A stretch of DNA of 64,000 nt, from positions 1-64,000 of the IMG/VR virus record IMGVR_UViG_3300033146_002768; one strand, given 5' to 3'. Below the pieces are notes generated by a model. That model was not told the origin of the DNA. It did no database searches and worked only from the letters and a program-made list of their open reading frames with translations. The position numbers were made by a program, and so were the translations under genes. This document shows, one piece after another, positions 19,804 to 29,179 of this stretch (within the stretch, counting starts at the first letter, position 1; the number at the start of each line of letters is the position of its first letter).

Positions 19804-21240
19804 TTGAAAATAACTCCAGAAGAAAGATTGAAAGAATTAATTGCTCAAATGACAATCAAACCTGGAAATGAAAACATCTCTTATAATTATTTTGGTTATG
19901 TATTTAATAGAATTAGAAGAGTTCGTGATGACTCATTAAAATCTATAATGGGGGTATCACCACGAAAAGATGGGACTTTAGCATTGTTGTATAATACAAA
20001 TTATTTTGATGGAACTACTGATCAAGTAATGCGAAAAGTAATAGAACATGAAGGTATGCATGTGTTGAATAAACACATTCCAAGATTATTAAGACTTTTA
20101 GCAAACGAAGTTGATGAAAGAAAAAAATATGCTAAATCAAGAATCTTTAATACCGCTGCTGATTGTGCTGTTAATCCCGCTATTAATATGCCAAAGACGA
20201 TTATCATAGCTGATAAACCATGGAATGGTTGTTTTCCAGAATTGTATGAATGTGATGGTAAAGTGTTGGAAGATAATAAACCAACTGAATATTATTATTA
20301 TAAACTTTTAAAACAAGCAAAGAAGAACGCTAAAGAACAACAGAAAAAGTGTGATAAATGTGACGGTAAAGGAAGTAATTCTGATTGTCCATTTAGCGGA
20401 AAAGATGATGATGGTGAAGGCGAATGTAAGATGCCATCATCTGGTGATGGATTACCTATTGATGGTGCAGGCGAAATGTATGATATTGTTGGAGATCACT
20501 CTACATGGGGTGATGTAGCTGGTGAAGTTGCTGATTTAAATTCTCTATCAAGAAAGATTGATAGTCAGATTCAAGAGATTATAAGAGATTCAGTTAAAAA
20601 CTTTAGTCATAGACGAGGGTTTTTACCTTCTCATATTAACTCTTTGATTGATGCAGCCTTACAACCGCCTAAGGTTCCATATTATCAAATTATTAGCAAG
20701 TTGATTAAAGGATCAAGATATAGTAAATTCAAAAGATCTTTGTCCAGAATCAATAGAAAAAGAACATATGCTTTTGCAATAGGTGATGATGGTATACCAG
20801 CTATATCACCATTTCCTGGTAAGACGAGAGACTTTACTTTTAAAATTGTATTATTAATTGATACATCAGGTAGTATGAGTATTGATGATATTAGAGAAGC
20901 TCTTTCAGGTTGTAAGAACATAATTGAGAAAGATAGACATTGTGAAGTTACTGTTCTTGAAAATGATGCTCAACTTCAAAAAGAATATAAAGTTAAAAGA
21001 ATTAGCGATATTCAATTTAACATCGCTGGTCGAGGCGGCACAATGTTACAAGAAGGTCTTGAAAGAGCAAGACAAATTAATCCAGACGTAGTATTAGCAT
21101 TTACTGATGGTTATTGCGAAAATGTAAATGATTATTCAAAAAAAGAATTACCTAAAAAAATTATATGGGTAGTTCAAAAAGGAGGAACTATAGATACTAT
21201 TAATCAAACAGGTTATATTGTGAGGGTTGATAATGGATAA
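19804..21240 (+). CDS. Metallopeptidase-like (HExxH) plus vWA domain protein (DUF2201-type)
   Basis: HEGMH, N.AAD.AVN, MIDAS DTSGS, GRGGT, FTDG. Confidence 0.85.
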   Translation: MKITPEERLKELIAQMTIKPGNENISYNYFGYVFNRIRRVRDDSLKSIMGVSPRKDGTLALLYNTNYFDGTTDQVMRKVIEHEGMHVLNKHIPRLLRLLANEVDERKKYAKSRIFNTAADCAVNPAINMPKTIIIADKPWNGCFPELYECDGKVLEDNKPTEYYYYKLLKQAKKNAKEQQKKCDKCDGKGSNSDCPFSGKDDDGEGECKMPSSGDGLPIDGAGEMYDIVGDHSTWGDVAGEVADLNSLSRKIDSQIQEIIRDSVKNFSHRRGFLPSHINSLIDAALQPPKVPYYQIISKLIKGSRYSKFKRSLSRINRKRTYAFAIGDDGIPAISPFPGKTRDFTFKIVLLIDTSGSMSIDDIREALSGCKNIIEKDRHCEVTVLENDAQLQKEYKVKRISDIQFNIAGRGGTMLQEGLERARQINPDVVLAFTDGYCENVNDYSKKELPKKIIWVVQKGGTIDTINQTGYIVRVDNG

Positions 21241-22060
21241 ATGTAAAATATGTGATTTAGAATTTAAATCAAGAAGAGCTTTAGCTATACATGTAACTAA
21301 ATCACATAAAAATATCAAATGGAAATTATATAAAAGAAAGTATGAAAATTCTTGTATAAATAATCCATTTGTATGTGAATTATGTAACTCATGTTATTCT
21401 ACCCCAAGAGGTTTAATAAATCATTTAAAAAGAACTGAAAAATTATGTCTTAGTGATTATTCTATTTTATATCCAGAAATACAGGAAAAAATAAATTCTT
21501 ATTATAAAGTATTTCTAAAAAATAGATATATTATAGATAATGAAACTGATTGTTGGAATTGGAATGGAACTATAGATAGAGATGGATATGGTTCTTATTA
21601 TAATAAACGAGCACATAGACTTTTTTATGAAATGTATATTGGAGATATTTCAGATGGTCTTTTGATTTGTCATAAATGTGATAATCCAAAATGTGTTAAT
21701 CCAAAACATCTCTATATGGGAACTAATCAAGATAATATGAACGATATGGTTAATCGAGGACGTTCTTTAAAAGGTGAATTAAATCCAGCTAAAAGAAAAG
21801 ATGTAAAAGTAAAAATAAGTAAAAATAATTCAATGTTAAAACAAGAACATAGAAACAAACTAAGTAAAAAATTTAAAGGTAGAAAAAAACCTAAATATAA
21901 TTACTTTATTGTTTCTCCAGATAATAAAAAATATCAAACAAATAATTTATTTAAATTTTGTAATGATATGAATTTGAATTATCGTTCTATGTTAGAATTA
22001 TCATCAAATCAAAGGAATACTTATAATAATTGGAATATTGTGAGGGTCGATAATGGCTGA
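21215..22060 (+). repeat. 26-bp direct repeat (21215-21240 and 22035-22060) flanking the HNH gene
   Basis: ATATTGTGAGGGTTGATAATGGATAA vs ATATTGTGAGGGTCGATAATGGCTGA, 23/26 identical; both ORFs end IVRVDNG*. Confidence 0.85.
21233..22060 (+). CDS. HNH endonuclease with two C2H2-like zinc fingers
   Basis: CKIC..H..H, CELC..H; CWNW.G...GYG...AHR...CHKCDNPKCVNPKHL.GT..DN. Confidence 0.9.
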   Translation: MDKCKICDLEFKSRRALAIHVTKSHKNIKWKLYKRKYENSCINNPFVCELCNSCYSTPRGLINHLKRTEKLCLSDYSILYPEIQEKINSYYKVFLKNRYIIDNETDCWNWNGTIDRDGYGSYYNKRAHRLFYEMYIGDISDGLLICHKCDNPKCVNPKHLYMGTNQDNMNDMVNRGRSLKGELNPAKRKDVKVKISKNNSMLKQEHRNKLSKKFKGRKKPKYNYFIVSPDNKKYQTNNLFKFCNDMNLNYRSMLELSSNQRNTYNNWNIVRVDNG

Positions 22061-22274
22061 ATTTTATGATGAATTGTTTGATGTATTGCCTATCAACGAT
22101 ATGGATGTTGATATAATCTATCCAGACGGTAGTAAGAGTGAGATGTATGTTCAAAAACTACCTACTATTGGTGAGATGTTTTGTGGTCATATTGTTGATA
22201 AAGTAATCATAAATAAAAAATATAAAGAGAATGAATGTGAAGCAAGAATTGAACTTATAAGAAAAAAGGATTAG
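22053..22274 (+). CDS. Hypothetical protein
   Basis: ORF starting inside the second repeat copy. Confidence 0.55.
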   Translation: MAEFYDELFDVLPINDMDVDIIYPDGSKSEMYVQKLPTIGEMFCGHIVDKVIINKKYKENECEARIELIRKKD

Positions 22275-22278
22275 AAAA

Positions 22279-22587
22279 ATGAAACAAGTTAATTATTATC
22301 TTAGAGAAGATGGTCAGCCAAAAACAGCTGTAGCAATTCTGCAAAACGAACTTGGTGACACAGCAAGAGGTGTAGCTATCTGCAGTCCAAGAGATCAATT
22401 TATTAAAATCGAAGGTAGAACTCTATCTATAGATAGATGTGCTAAGGCATATAGAATGGAAAAATCTTTCGGTCCGATAAGACGTGAAGGAATGATTGTT
22501 GATGAAAAGTTTAAATTTAAATGTGAATTTATGCCTGAACTAACTGAATTTGAGAAAGGATTACTTGAAGACCCTGAGTCTGTATAA
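22279..22587 (+). CDS. Hypothetical phage protein
   Basis: RGVAICSPRDQF..EGR motif; AAGGA RBS. Confidence 0.6.
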   Translation: MKQVNYYLREDGQPKTAVAILQNELGDTARGVAICSPRDQFIKIEGRTLSIDRCAKAYRMEKSFGPIRREGMIVDEKFKFKCEFMPELTEFEKGLLEDPESV

Positions 22588-22597
22588 TTATTAATAA

Positions 22598-22627
22598 TGT
22601 GAGGGTTATTATAGATTAACCCTCACA
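22598..22627 (+). terminator. Intergenic stem-loop
   Basis: TGTGAGGGTTA / TAACCCTCACA, perfect 11-bp stem. Confidence 0.55.
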
Positions 22628-22646
22628 CAACTTTAAAGGAACATTT

Positions 22647-24461
22647 ATGACTAAATCGTATACTGCTGACGATATCAGAAAATTAGAACCGATGGAGCAG
22701 ATACAAATTTCCCCTGGTATGTGGATTGGTCCTACTGACGACCCACATCATTTAATAGAGGAAGCTCTGGACAATGCTCTTGATGAAGCACAGGGAGGGT
22801 ATGTTAGTATTATTGCAATTACTATTAATACTAAAACTAATGTTTGTTCTGTAATTGATAATGGTAGAGGAATCCCAATATCAAAAGATGTTCCCGTAAC
22901 TATTTCAACAAAATTGTTTTCAGGAGCTAAGTTTCAAGATAATAAATCAGCTTATGAAATAGCAAGTGGATTGCATGGAGTAGGGTTAGTATGTGCAAAT
23001 GCTTTAAGTGATTTTTATACAATTGAAATTTATAGAAATAACAGACATGCAATATTTAACTTTGAAAAAGGTAAATTAAAAAAGAAGTCAATTAAAAAAT
23101 TTGAAGGTAAAACTCCTTTCTCAACAAAAATTGAATTTAAACCTTCAAAAAAAATATTTGAATCAATAATGCCTGATTTGAATAGAATTAGAAAAAGATT
23201 ACAAATAGCTTCTGCAGAAATGTCTAAAGTAACATTTGTAATGATAGTCGACAATGAAAAAGAAATATTTAAAATGACTATCAATGATTATTTTGAACAG
23301 AGATGTTTGCAAGGTAATAATAAATTAGCAAAACCTGTTTTCTTTAAATCATTTATCAAACCAGAATCATTTAATGTAATGCTCACTTATACAAAGAGTG
23401 GGACAATAACTCCACGAGTATTATCATCAGTAAATCTATTGCCAGTTGACAATGGAGGAACTCATGTAAATTATCTTTATGAAATTGTTAAAGATTATTT
23501 TATGTCTAAAGGTAAGAAAATGGGGTATACATTCTTACCTCAAGATTGTTTAGTAGGTTTAAAAGCTTATATTATGTTAAGTTTAAAAGAACCTAAATTT
23601 GCTGGTCAAACCAAAGATAGACTAACCAACAATAAAAATTATCTTGAAAGATTCGCAATTCAAATTAAAACTCAACTAGAAGCTCACTTCAATAAAAACC
23701 ATAAAAACGATAAAGAAACAGAAGGTGAATTAGAAAGAATACTTTCACATTTTCAAATTTATCGTGCCAAACTCGATTCTAAGAAATTTAAAACTCCAAA
23801 TTCAGGAAAAAGAGTATCTACAAAATTTACAAAACTAAGAGATTGTTCAAGTGCTCTTGGGGAATTGTTTGTTGCTGAGGGTGAATCTGCTGCTGGCGGT
23901 CTTGTAACTTGTAGAGATCCAAGAAAGCATGCTATTCTTCCATTAAAGGGTAAGATTCCAAGTGCTGCAACAACTAAAGATATTTTGAAGAATAAAGAAA
24001 TAAGTGAATTGATAGGTTCATTGGGAACAGGAGTTGGTCCTCATTTTGATATTAGTACTTTAAAATATAGTAAAATTATATGCGCAACCGATGCCGATGA
24101 TGATGGCTTGCATATATTTGCTTTACTTACTTTAGCTTTAGCAGTATTAGTACCTGATATTATTAAAAACGGTCATTACTATTATGCAGAAACTCCTTTA
24201 TATGCAATCAATGAAAAGAAAAACTTTATACCATTGTGGACAAATGAAGAGATTACAAAAGCAAAGGAAAGTGGTAGAAGTCTTTTAAGAGTGAAAGGGT
24301 TAGGGGAAATGAATCCAGATCAATTGAAAACTGTATTAATTACTGAAAAAACGAGAAGATTGATACCAGTTACTTATACAAGTGATATGGATAAAATGGT
24401 CAAGTTATTTACTGACCCAATTGAAAAGCGTAAGTTGTTAGAGGGAACATGGATGATATAA
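22647..24461 (+). CDS. Type IIA DNA topoisomerase, GyrB/ParE-like subunit
   Basis: E.LDNA.DE, DNGRGIP, GLHGVG, EGESA, PLKGK, DADDDG, KGLGEM. Confidence 0.95.
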   Translation: MTKSYTADDIRKLEPMEQIQISPGMWIGPTDDPHHLIEEALDNALDEAQGGYVSIIAITINTKTNVCSVIDNGRGIPISKDVPVTISTKLFSGAKFQDNKSAYEIASGLHGVGLVCANALSDFYTIEIYRNNRHAIFNFEKGKLKKKSIKKFEGKTPFSTKIEFKPSKKIFESIMPDLNRIRKRLQIASAEMSKVTFVMIVDNEKEIFKMTINDYFEQRCLQGNNKLAKPVFFKSFIKPESFNVMLTYTKSGTITPRVLSSVNLLPVDNGGTHVNYLYEIVKDYFMSKGKKMGYTFLPQDCLVGLKAYIMLSLKEPKFAGQTKDRLTNNKNYLERFAIQIKTQLEAHFNKNHKNDKETEGELERILSHFQIYRAKLDSKKFKTPNSGKRVSTKFTKLRDCSSALGELFVAEGESAAGGLVTCRDPRKHAILPLKGKIPSAATTKDILKNKEISELIGSLGTGVGPHFDISTLKYSKIICATDADDDGLHIFALLTLALAVLVPDIIKNGHYYYAETPLYAINEKKNFIPLWTNEEITKAKESGRSLLRVKGLGEMNPDQLKTVLITEKTRRLIPVTYTSDMDKMVKLFTDPIEKRKLLEGTWMI

Positions 24462-24967
24462 ATGTACCATTACAAGACTGGATAAGTGCTAATATACCAG
24501 AAGAAAAAATGTATTGGAAACAATCTTGGTCTGATCAAGTATGTTTTGTTCGAGATCAAATTCCAAAGTTTTTATGCTCTGGTAATTCATATGAAGAATA
24601 TAATACAGTGAGAGAAAATATAACTGTTATTGAAACTCATATGTCAAAAAGTATATATTTACCAGTTTATTGTATTAAAGCTCAGGGTGATATTTTTATC
24701 ATGAGAGCAAATTTTCATGATTGGAAATTGTCAGTTGAAACTCATAATCTTCATGACATTGATTTTGCAAAATTAGGAATTTGTGAAACAAAGGATCAAA
24801 TTCACTCAGTGTATTGCGAAGGATTTAAAGAGGAGTGGGTATATAAACCTTACGATGAAGATAAATTTAAGTATACTGTCGAGATAAGAGATAAATTTAA
24901 TTTAAAATTATTCTTTTGGTTAATTCAACAAAAGGACATAAAGGAGAATGTTCAACTGGTAAATTAA
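24449..24967 (+). CDS. Hypothetical protein between the topoisomerase subunits
   Basis: ORF overlapping the GyrB-like stop codon. Confidence 0.65.
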   Translation: MDDINVPLQDWISANIPEEKMYWKQSWSDQVCFVRDQIPKFLCSGNSYEEYNTVRENITVIETHMSKSIYLPVYCIKAQGDIFIMRANFHDWKLSVETHNLHDIDFAKLGICETKDQIHSVYCEGFKEEWVYKPYDEDKFKYTVEIRDKFNLKLFFWLIQQKDIKENVQLVN

Positions 24968-25023
24968 GTACATTAGTATGTGAACGTATAGTTAGAATAA
25001 AAAGAAAGGAGGATTATGGATAA
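24931..25023 (+). pseudogene. C-terminal fossil of a 4493/13276-family HNH endonuclease
   Basis: Reads KGHKGECSTGKLSTLVCERIVRIKRKEDYG*; compare YGHKTGTECSTGNLANIVC (13276) and LSKLICDRTYRIK (4493). Confidence 0.7.
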
Positions 25024-26341
25024 ATTAGTTCCTAAAGCTTATAAAAAATATGGTTTATATGTTAATAATTTTAGATCGTTCCCACTTTGTGACGATGGAT
25101 TGAAACCTGTTGAGCGCAGAATATTATTAACAACATATTTAATAGCTCGTGATAAATTTGTTAAATCAGCCAGAATCGAAGGAACAACAATGGCACGTTT
25201 CCATCCCCATTCCGGGGCGTATGGTACTATAGTTCAAATGGTAAAACAGGGATTTATTGCTGGTCAAGGTAATTGGGGAAATAATCTTGGAGTTGATCCT
25301 TCTCCAGCTGCTGCAAGTAGGTATACAGAAGCCAAATTATCAAAAGAAACACATGATATGGCATTTCAATTAATTAAATATGTACCATGGTCAGAGAGTG
25401 AACTGGATGATGAACCTGAATATCTTCCAACTAAATATCCATTTTGTTTAATGGGGAATGAGTTTACTCAAGGTATTGGATTTGGTTTTAGAACTTTCAT
25501 TCCATGTTATTCAATTAGTGATCTTAAAGCAAGATTGTTATGGTTATTAGGTGGGAAGAAAGGAACCGAACCAGTAATTGCTCCAATAACTGATTGTAAA
25601 ATAACTGCATCAAAAGCTGAATTACAACAACTTTTAACAACAGGAAAAGCAAAAATTCCTATAGTTGGAGTTGCAAGTGTTAGTGCTGTCCAGTGTAAGG
25701 TCATTATTAAATCATGGCCTCCTGGTAAAAAGTTTGAAGCAGCTATTCTTAATAAGAAACCTATTAGGAAACAATTAGAAAATCTAGATGTTGGATTTCT
25801 TGATTCTTCAAATGGTAAAAATGGTACTGCAATTATATTTAGTGTTACCAAACAAAGAAATAGACAAAAAATCTTTACTGACTTAGTTAATAATGTGAAG
25901 GAAGCATTGAAAGGATCTATTTCATTTGAAACAATAATTGTTGATAGACAAAGAAATGTTCAAGTTACTTCTATAGATGATATGTTGGTTAATACATATA
26001 ATATGTTTACCCAAGCAAATCAAAAAATGTTGACTTCAGAGATAGCTAAAACTGGAGATGCTATACTTGAGATGGAATGTCTTGAAAAATTAAAAGATCC
26101 TTTAGTTAAAGTAATGGGACAGAAAGGAGCAACTTTAACTAAAAAAGAATTACCAAATATTATTAAAACTTTAGCAGTAATGAGTAAGCTTGATGAAGTT
26201 ATAGTTAAGGATTTGCTTGCAAAATATAGAATCCAAAGATTATTAACTTTTCATACGGATACTCAAGAATTAAACGATAGACAAACTGAACTTCAAAACT
26301 ATTTGGCTGAATTAGACAGTTATGTTTTAGCTCAGTATTAA
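25016..26341 (+). CDS. Type IIA DNA topoisomerase, GyrA/ParC-like subunit without the C-terminal pinwheel
   Basis: DGLKPVERR, HPH, GQGNWG, AASRYT (catalytic Tyr). Confidence 0.93.
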   Translation: MDKLVPKAYKKYGLYVNNFRSFPLCDDGLKPVERRILLTTYLIARDKFVKSARIEGTTMARFHPHSGAYGTIVQMVKQGFIAGQGNWGNNLGVDPSPAAASRYTEAKLSKETHDMAFQLIKYVPWSESELDDEPEYLPTKYPFCLMGNEFTQGIGFGFRTFIPCYSISDLKARLLWLLGGKKGTEPVIAPITDCKITASKAELQQLLTTGKAKIPIVGVASVSAVQCKVIIKSWPPGKKFEAAILNKKPIRKQLENLDVGFLDSSNGKNGTAIIFSVTKQRNRQKIFTDLVNNVKEALKGSISFETIIVDRQRNVQVTSIDDMLVNTYNMFTQANQKMLTSEIAKTGDAILEMECLEKLKDPLVKVMGQKGATLTKKELPNIIKTLAVMSKLDEVIVKDLLAKYRIQRLLTFHTDTQELNDRQTELQNYLAELDSYVLAQY

Positions 26342-26351
26342 AGGTGAATTT

Positions 26352-26534
26352 ATGGGACTTATTAAAAGGACTGCTAATGATGTTCAGAAATATAGAGAAA
26401 ATAAACCAGTTAAAATTGAAGATGTTACTCCTGGTTGTGTTGATGGTAAAAGAATAATAATTGTCAATGGTGAAACTTATTATGCTGGAACTGTCAATAC
26501 ATGGGGAGATGTTGAAACAATTAAATGTAAATAA
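26352..26534 (+). CDS. Small protein homologous to the C-terminal domain of the downstream pilin-like protein
   Basis: GCVDGKRIIIVNGETYYAGTVNTWGD...C vs SCQDGQKIIELDGVIYHLGTIKNTWGD...C. Confidence 0.6.
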   Translation: MGLIKRTANDVQKYRENKPVKIEDVTPGCVDGKRIIIVNGETYYAGTVNTWGDVETIKCK

Positions 26535-26544
26535 GGAGGATGTT

Positions 26545-26856
26545 ATGAATCAAAAAGGATTTACTATAATAGAATTATTGATAGTTATTCTTATAATCGG
26601 AATATTTACTTCAGTAGCAATTCCAAGCTTCTTTGAATGGGCAAAGGAAGAAAAAATAGCTCAGCAAGCTGGTAATCTTATTAAAGAGTTTAAAGAGGAA
26701 TCTGAACCAAAGGTTATAACTAACAATGTTGTAATTGATAAATTAGGAGTTAGTTGTCAAGATGGTCAAAAGATAATTGAACTTGACGGAGTTATATATC
26801 ATCTTGGTACTATCAAAAATACATGGGGCGATTTAGCTCCAGTAGAATGTCAATAA
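26545..26856 (+). CDS. Type IV pilin-like protein (prepilin N-methylation motif)
   Basis: AGGAGG RBS; MNQKG|FTIIELLIVILIIGIFTSVAIP with Glu at +5; two C-terminal Cys. Confidence 0.85.
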   Translation: MNQKGFTIIELLIVILIIGIFTSVAIPSFFEWAKEEKIAQQAGNLIKEFKEESEPKVITNNVVIDKLGVSCQDGQKIIELDGVIYHLGTIKNTWGDLAPVECQ

Positions 26857-26866
26857 GGAGAAATAT

Positions 26867-27292
26867 ATGTATAGAGTTGAAAGAAGATTTACTGTCCCAT
26901 TTGGACATAGATTAAGTAAACATACTGGACGTTGTAAGAATTTTCATGGACATAATATGGTTATTTTAGTTGGACTTAAAACTAAAAAACTTGATAAAAA
27001 TGATATGGTAATGGATTTTAGTGAATTAAACTCTATGGTAAATGAAACTTTAGATTTTTGGGATCATACTTTATTTATTCATGATGATGACAGAGAGTTT
27101 GTTAAACCTTTAGAACAATTTGGACAAAGAGTTCTTATATTTTCACATGATCCAACAGCAGAAAGATTATGCGAAGTATTATATGATTGTGTTATACATG
27201 GATTAATAGATAGAAAATTAACTGATGTTGAAATTGACTATGTTACTATTTATGAAAATGAAAATTCCAAAGCAACCTTCAGTGAGGAGTAA
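26867..27292 (+). CDS. queD: 6-carboxy-5,6,7,8-tetrahydropterin synthase
   Basis: GHRL...C..HGHN, MVMDF, DH, PTAE, YENE. Confidence 0.9.
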   Translation: MYRVERRFTVPFGHRLSKHTGRCKNFHGHNMVILVGLKTKKLDKNDMVMDFSELNSMVNETLDFWDHTLFIHDDDREFVKPLEQFGQRVLIFSHDPTAERLCEVLYDCVIHGLIDRKLTDVEIDYVTIYENENSKATFSEE

Positions 27293-27297
27293 ATAGT

Positions 27298-28719
27298 ATG
27301 ATTGAATTGATAAGGCGTAGTGGAATAATAATTCCGAGAGAGTATGAAAACGAATCGTGGTATCACATGGTACGTGCCCACCTGTTTAGACGACAGGTAG
27401 ATTATAATTCTCCAACCTATACTACGACGATGTACTATTCAGAATCTGCGAAGTCCTTGACAATTCCTCGATACTTCCCTATACATGACTATGTTGATTG
27501 TAAAATTATTGACATAAGTCATGTTGGGGAAGATATTGTAATTGAGCATAATATCACGCCACGTAATGATGTCCAAATATTAGCTATGGATTATATGCGG
27601 GATAATAACAATGGTATGATAAAATTGGGTCCTGGTATGGGGAAAACAGTTATCAGTATTCATATGATAGCAACGAGAAAAAAGAAAACATTCATTGTAG
27701 TTCATAGAGATAGTCTTGATAAACAATGGAGAAATAGATTATTAGAACATAGTAGTCTATCAGAAAATGATATTGCTTTATTAAATTCTAAAAAGTTTGA
27801 AGAGCAATTTGCAGAATCACCAGTTATAATATCAACATCTCAAACCGTATGTTCTATATTAAAACGATACCCAATGGAATATTTAAAAGCATTACATTTC
27901 TCTAATATTGGGATAGGAATTTTTGATGAATTACATACCACTGTAGGTGCTCCAACATTTTCAAAATGTTCATTACATTTACCAGCTCAATCAATTTGGG
28001 GATTAAGCGCAACTCCATATAGAAGTGATGGTAATACAGATATCATTAAATATCATTTAGGAGATATGTTAGAAAGTGATAGTGATGAAGATACAATGCT
28101 AGCAGATGTAACATTTATATTAGTAGATTTTGATATTGATACTCCAAGAAGATTCACATATTTGAATTGGGAAGGTAACTTTCAACGATCTAGATATTTA
28201 AATATCATGAAAAATTCAAAAGTGTTTATGGATTTAGTTAAAGCATTATTGATGAAGTTAGCTCATGATGATAGACATTTATTATTTATTTCAGAGAGAG
28301 TTGATAAAATGATAAATATTTTATATAAATGGATGCCTTGGGATGATAAATCAAAATTTATTGCTGGATCAGGTTTAGAAGAGCTAGAAAAGAAAATTTC
28401 ATTCTCAACGCCAGGAAAAATTAGAGATGGAATAGATGTGCCTTGGAAAGATGCTTTATTAATTACATCACCAGTTAAAAATATAGAACAGTTAGCTGGA
28501 AGAATAACTCGTATATATCCTGGGCATGATAAATATACTCCTATAATATTAGATATGGTTGACATAGGGTCTAATAATATTAAAAAATCATTTTGGGATA
28601 GACGTGATTATTATATAAGTAAAGGGTGGAATATTAAGTATATATTTATTAATCAATTTACATATGAAAAATTTAACATTCGAGAAGAAGATGCTTTAAA
28701 AATCGTACAAGGAGAATAA
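27298..28719 (+). CDS. Superfamily 2 helicase (UvsW/XPB-like)
   Basis: GPGMGKT, DELH, SAT, GID, Q..GRI.R. Confidence 0.88.
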   Translation: MIELIRRSGIIIPREYENESWYHMVRAHLFRRQVDYNSPTYTTTMYYSESAKSLTIPRYFPIHDYVDCKIIDISHVGEDIVIEHNITPRNDVQILAMDYMRDNNNGMIKLGPGMGKTVISIHMIATRKKKTFIVVHRDSLDKQWRNRLLEHSSLSENDIALLNSKKFEEQFAESPVIISTSQTVCSILKRYPMEYLKALHFSNIGIGIFDELHTTVGAPTFSKCSLHLPAQSIWGLSATPYRSDGNTDIIKYHLGDMLESDSDEDTMLADVTFILVDFDIDTPRRFTYLNWEGNFQRSRYLNIMKNSKVFMDLVKALLMKLAHDDRHLLFISERVDKMINILYKWMPWDDKSKFIAGSGLEELEKKISFSTPGKIRDGIDVPWKDALLITSPVKNIEQLAGRITRIYPGHDKYTPIILDMVDIGSNNIKKSFWDRRDYYISKGWNIKYIFINQFTYEKFNIREEDALKIVQGE

Positions 28720-28721
28720 AA

Positions 28722-29006
28722 ATGAACAGAAGACAATTTGTTACAAAAACAAAAAATGTTGTAGTTAATAACAGAACATTACCATTCTTCAGCATGCTAA
28801 CATTAATTTTAATTACTTTAAAACTAACCGGCACTATAACTATTGGATGGGGTTGGATAGTTGCTTGCTTCTTTGCTCCATTGATAATTCTTTTGAGTTT
28901 TCTTGGAATAATATTTGGAGGGTTTTTAATATTTATAATTGGCGGAGGAATATGTATAGCTATTATGCATGCATATGAACAAATAAAGAAGAAAGCTTGG
29001 AGATGA
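28722..29006 (+). CDS. Small membrane protein
   Basis: LITLKLTG.I..GWGW and two hydrophobic helices. Confidence 0.65.
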   Translation: MNRRQFVTKTKNVVVNNRTLPFFSMLTLILITLKLTGTITIGWGWIVACFFAPLIILLSFLGIIFGGFLIFIIGGGICIAIMHAYEQIKKKAWR

Positions 29007-29179
29007 CAACTTTAAGTCCATATTCTATTGGAGAAATTCCAAACTTTGATCCATGTGATAAGTGTTTAATTAGGGTTGCATGCACACAAGTATGTAAACC
29101 TAAATTAAGATTTGATAAAAATCAACCAAAATCAGAGAAAATTGTGATACGGGCAAGAAGAAGGAGAAAGAAGAAATGA
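29003..29179 (+). CDS. Small Cys-motif protein (PCxxCLIxxxCxxxC family)
   Basis: DPCDKCLIRVACTQVC. Confidence 0.55.
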   Translation: MTTLSPYSIGEIPNFDPCDKCLIRVACTQVCKPKLRFDKNQPKSEKIVIRARRRRKKK

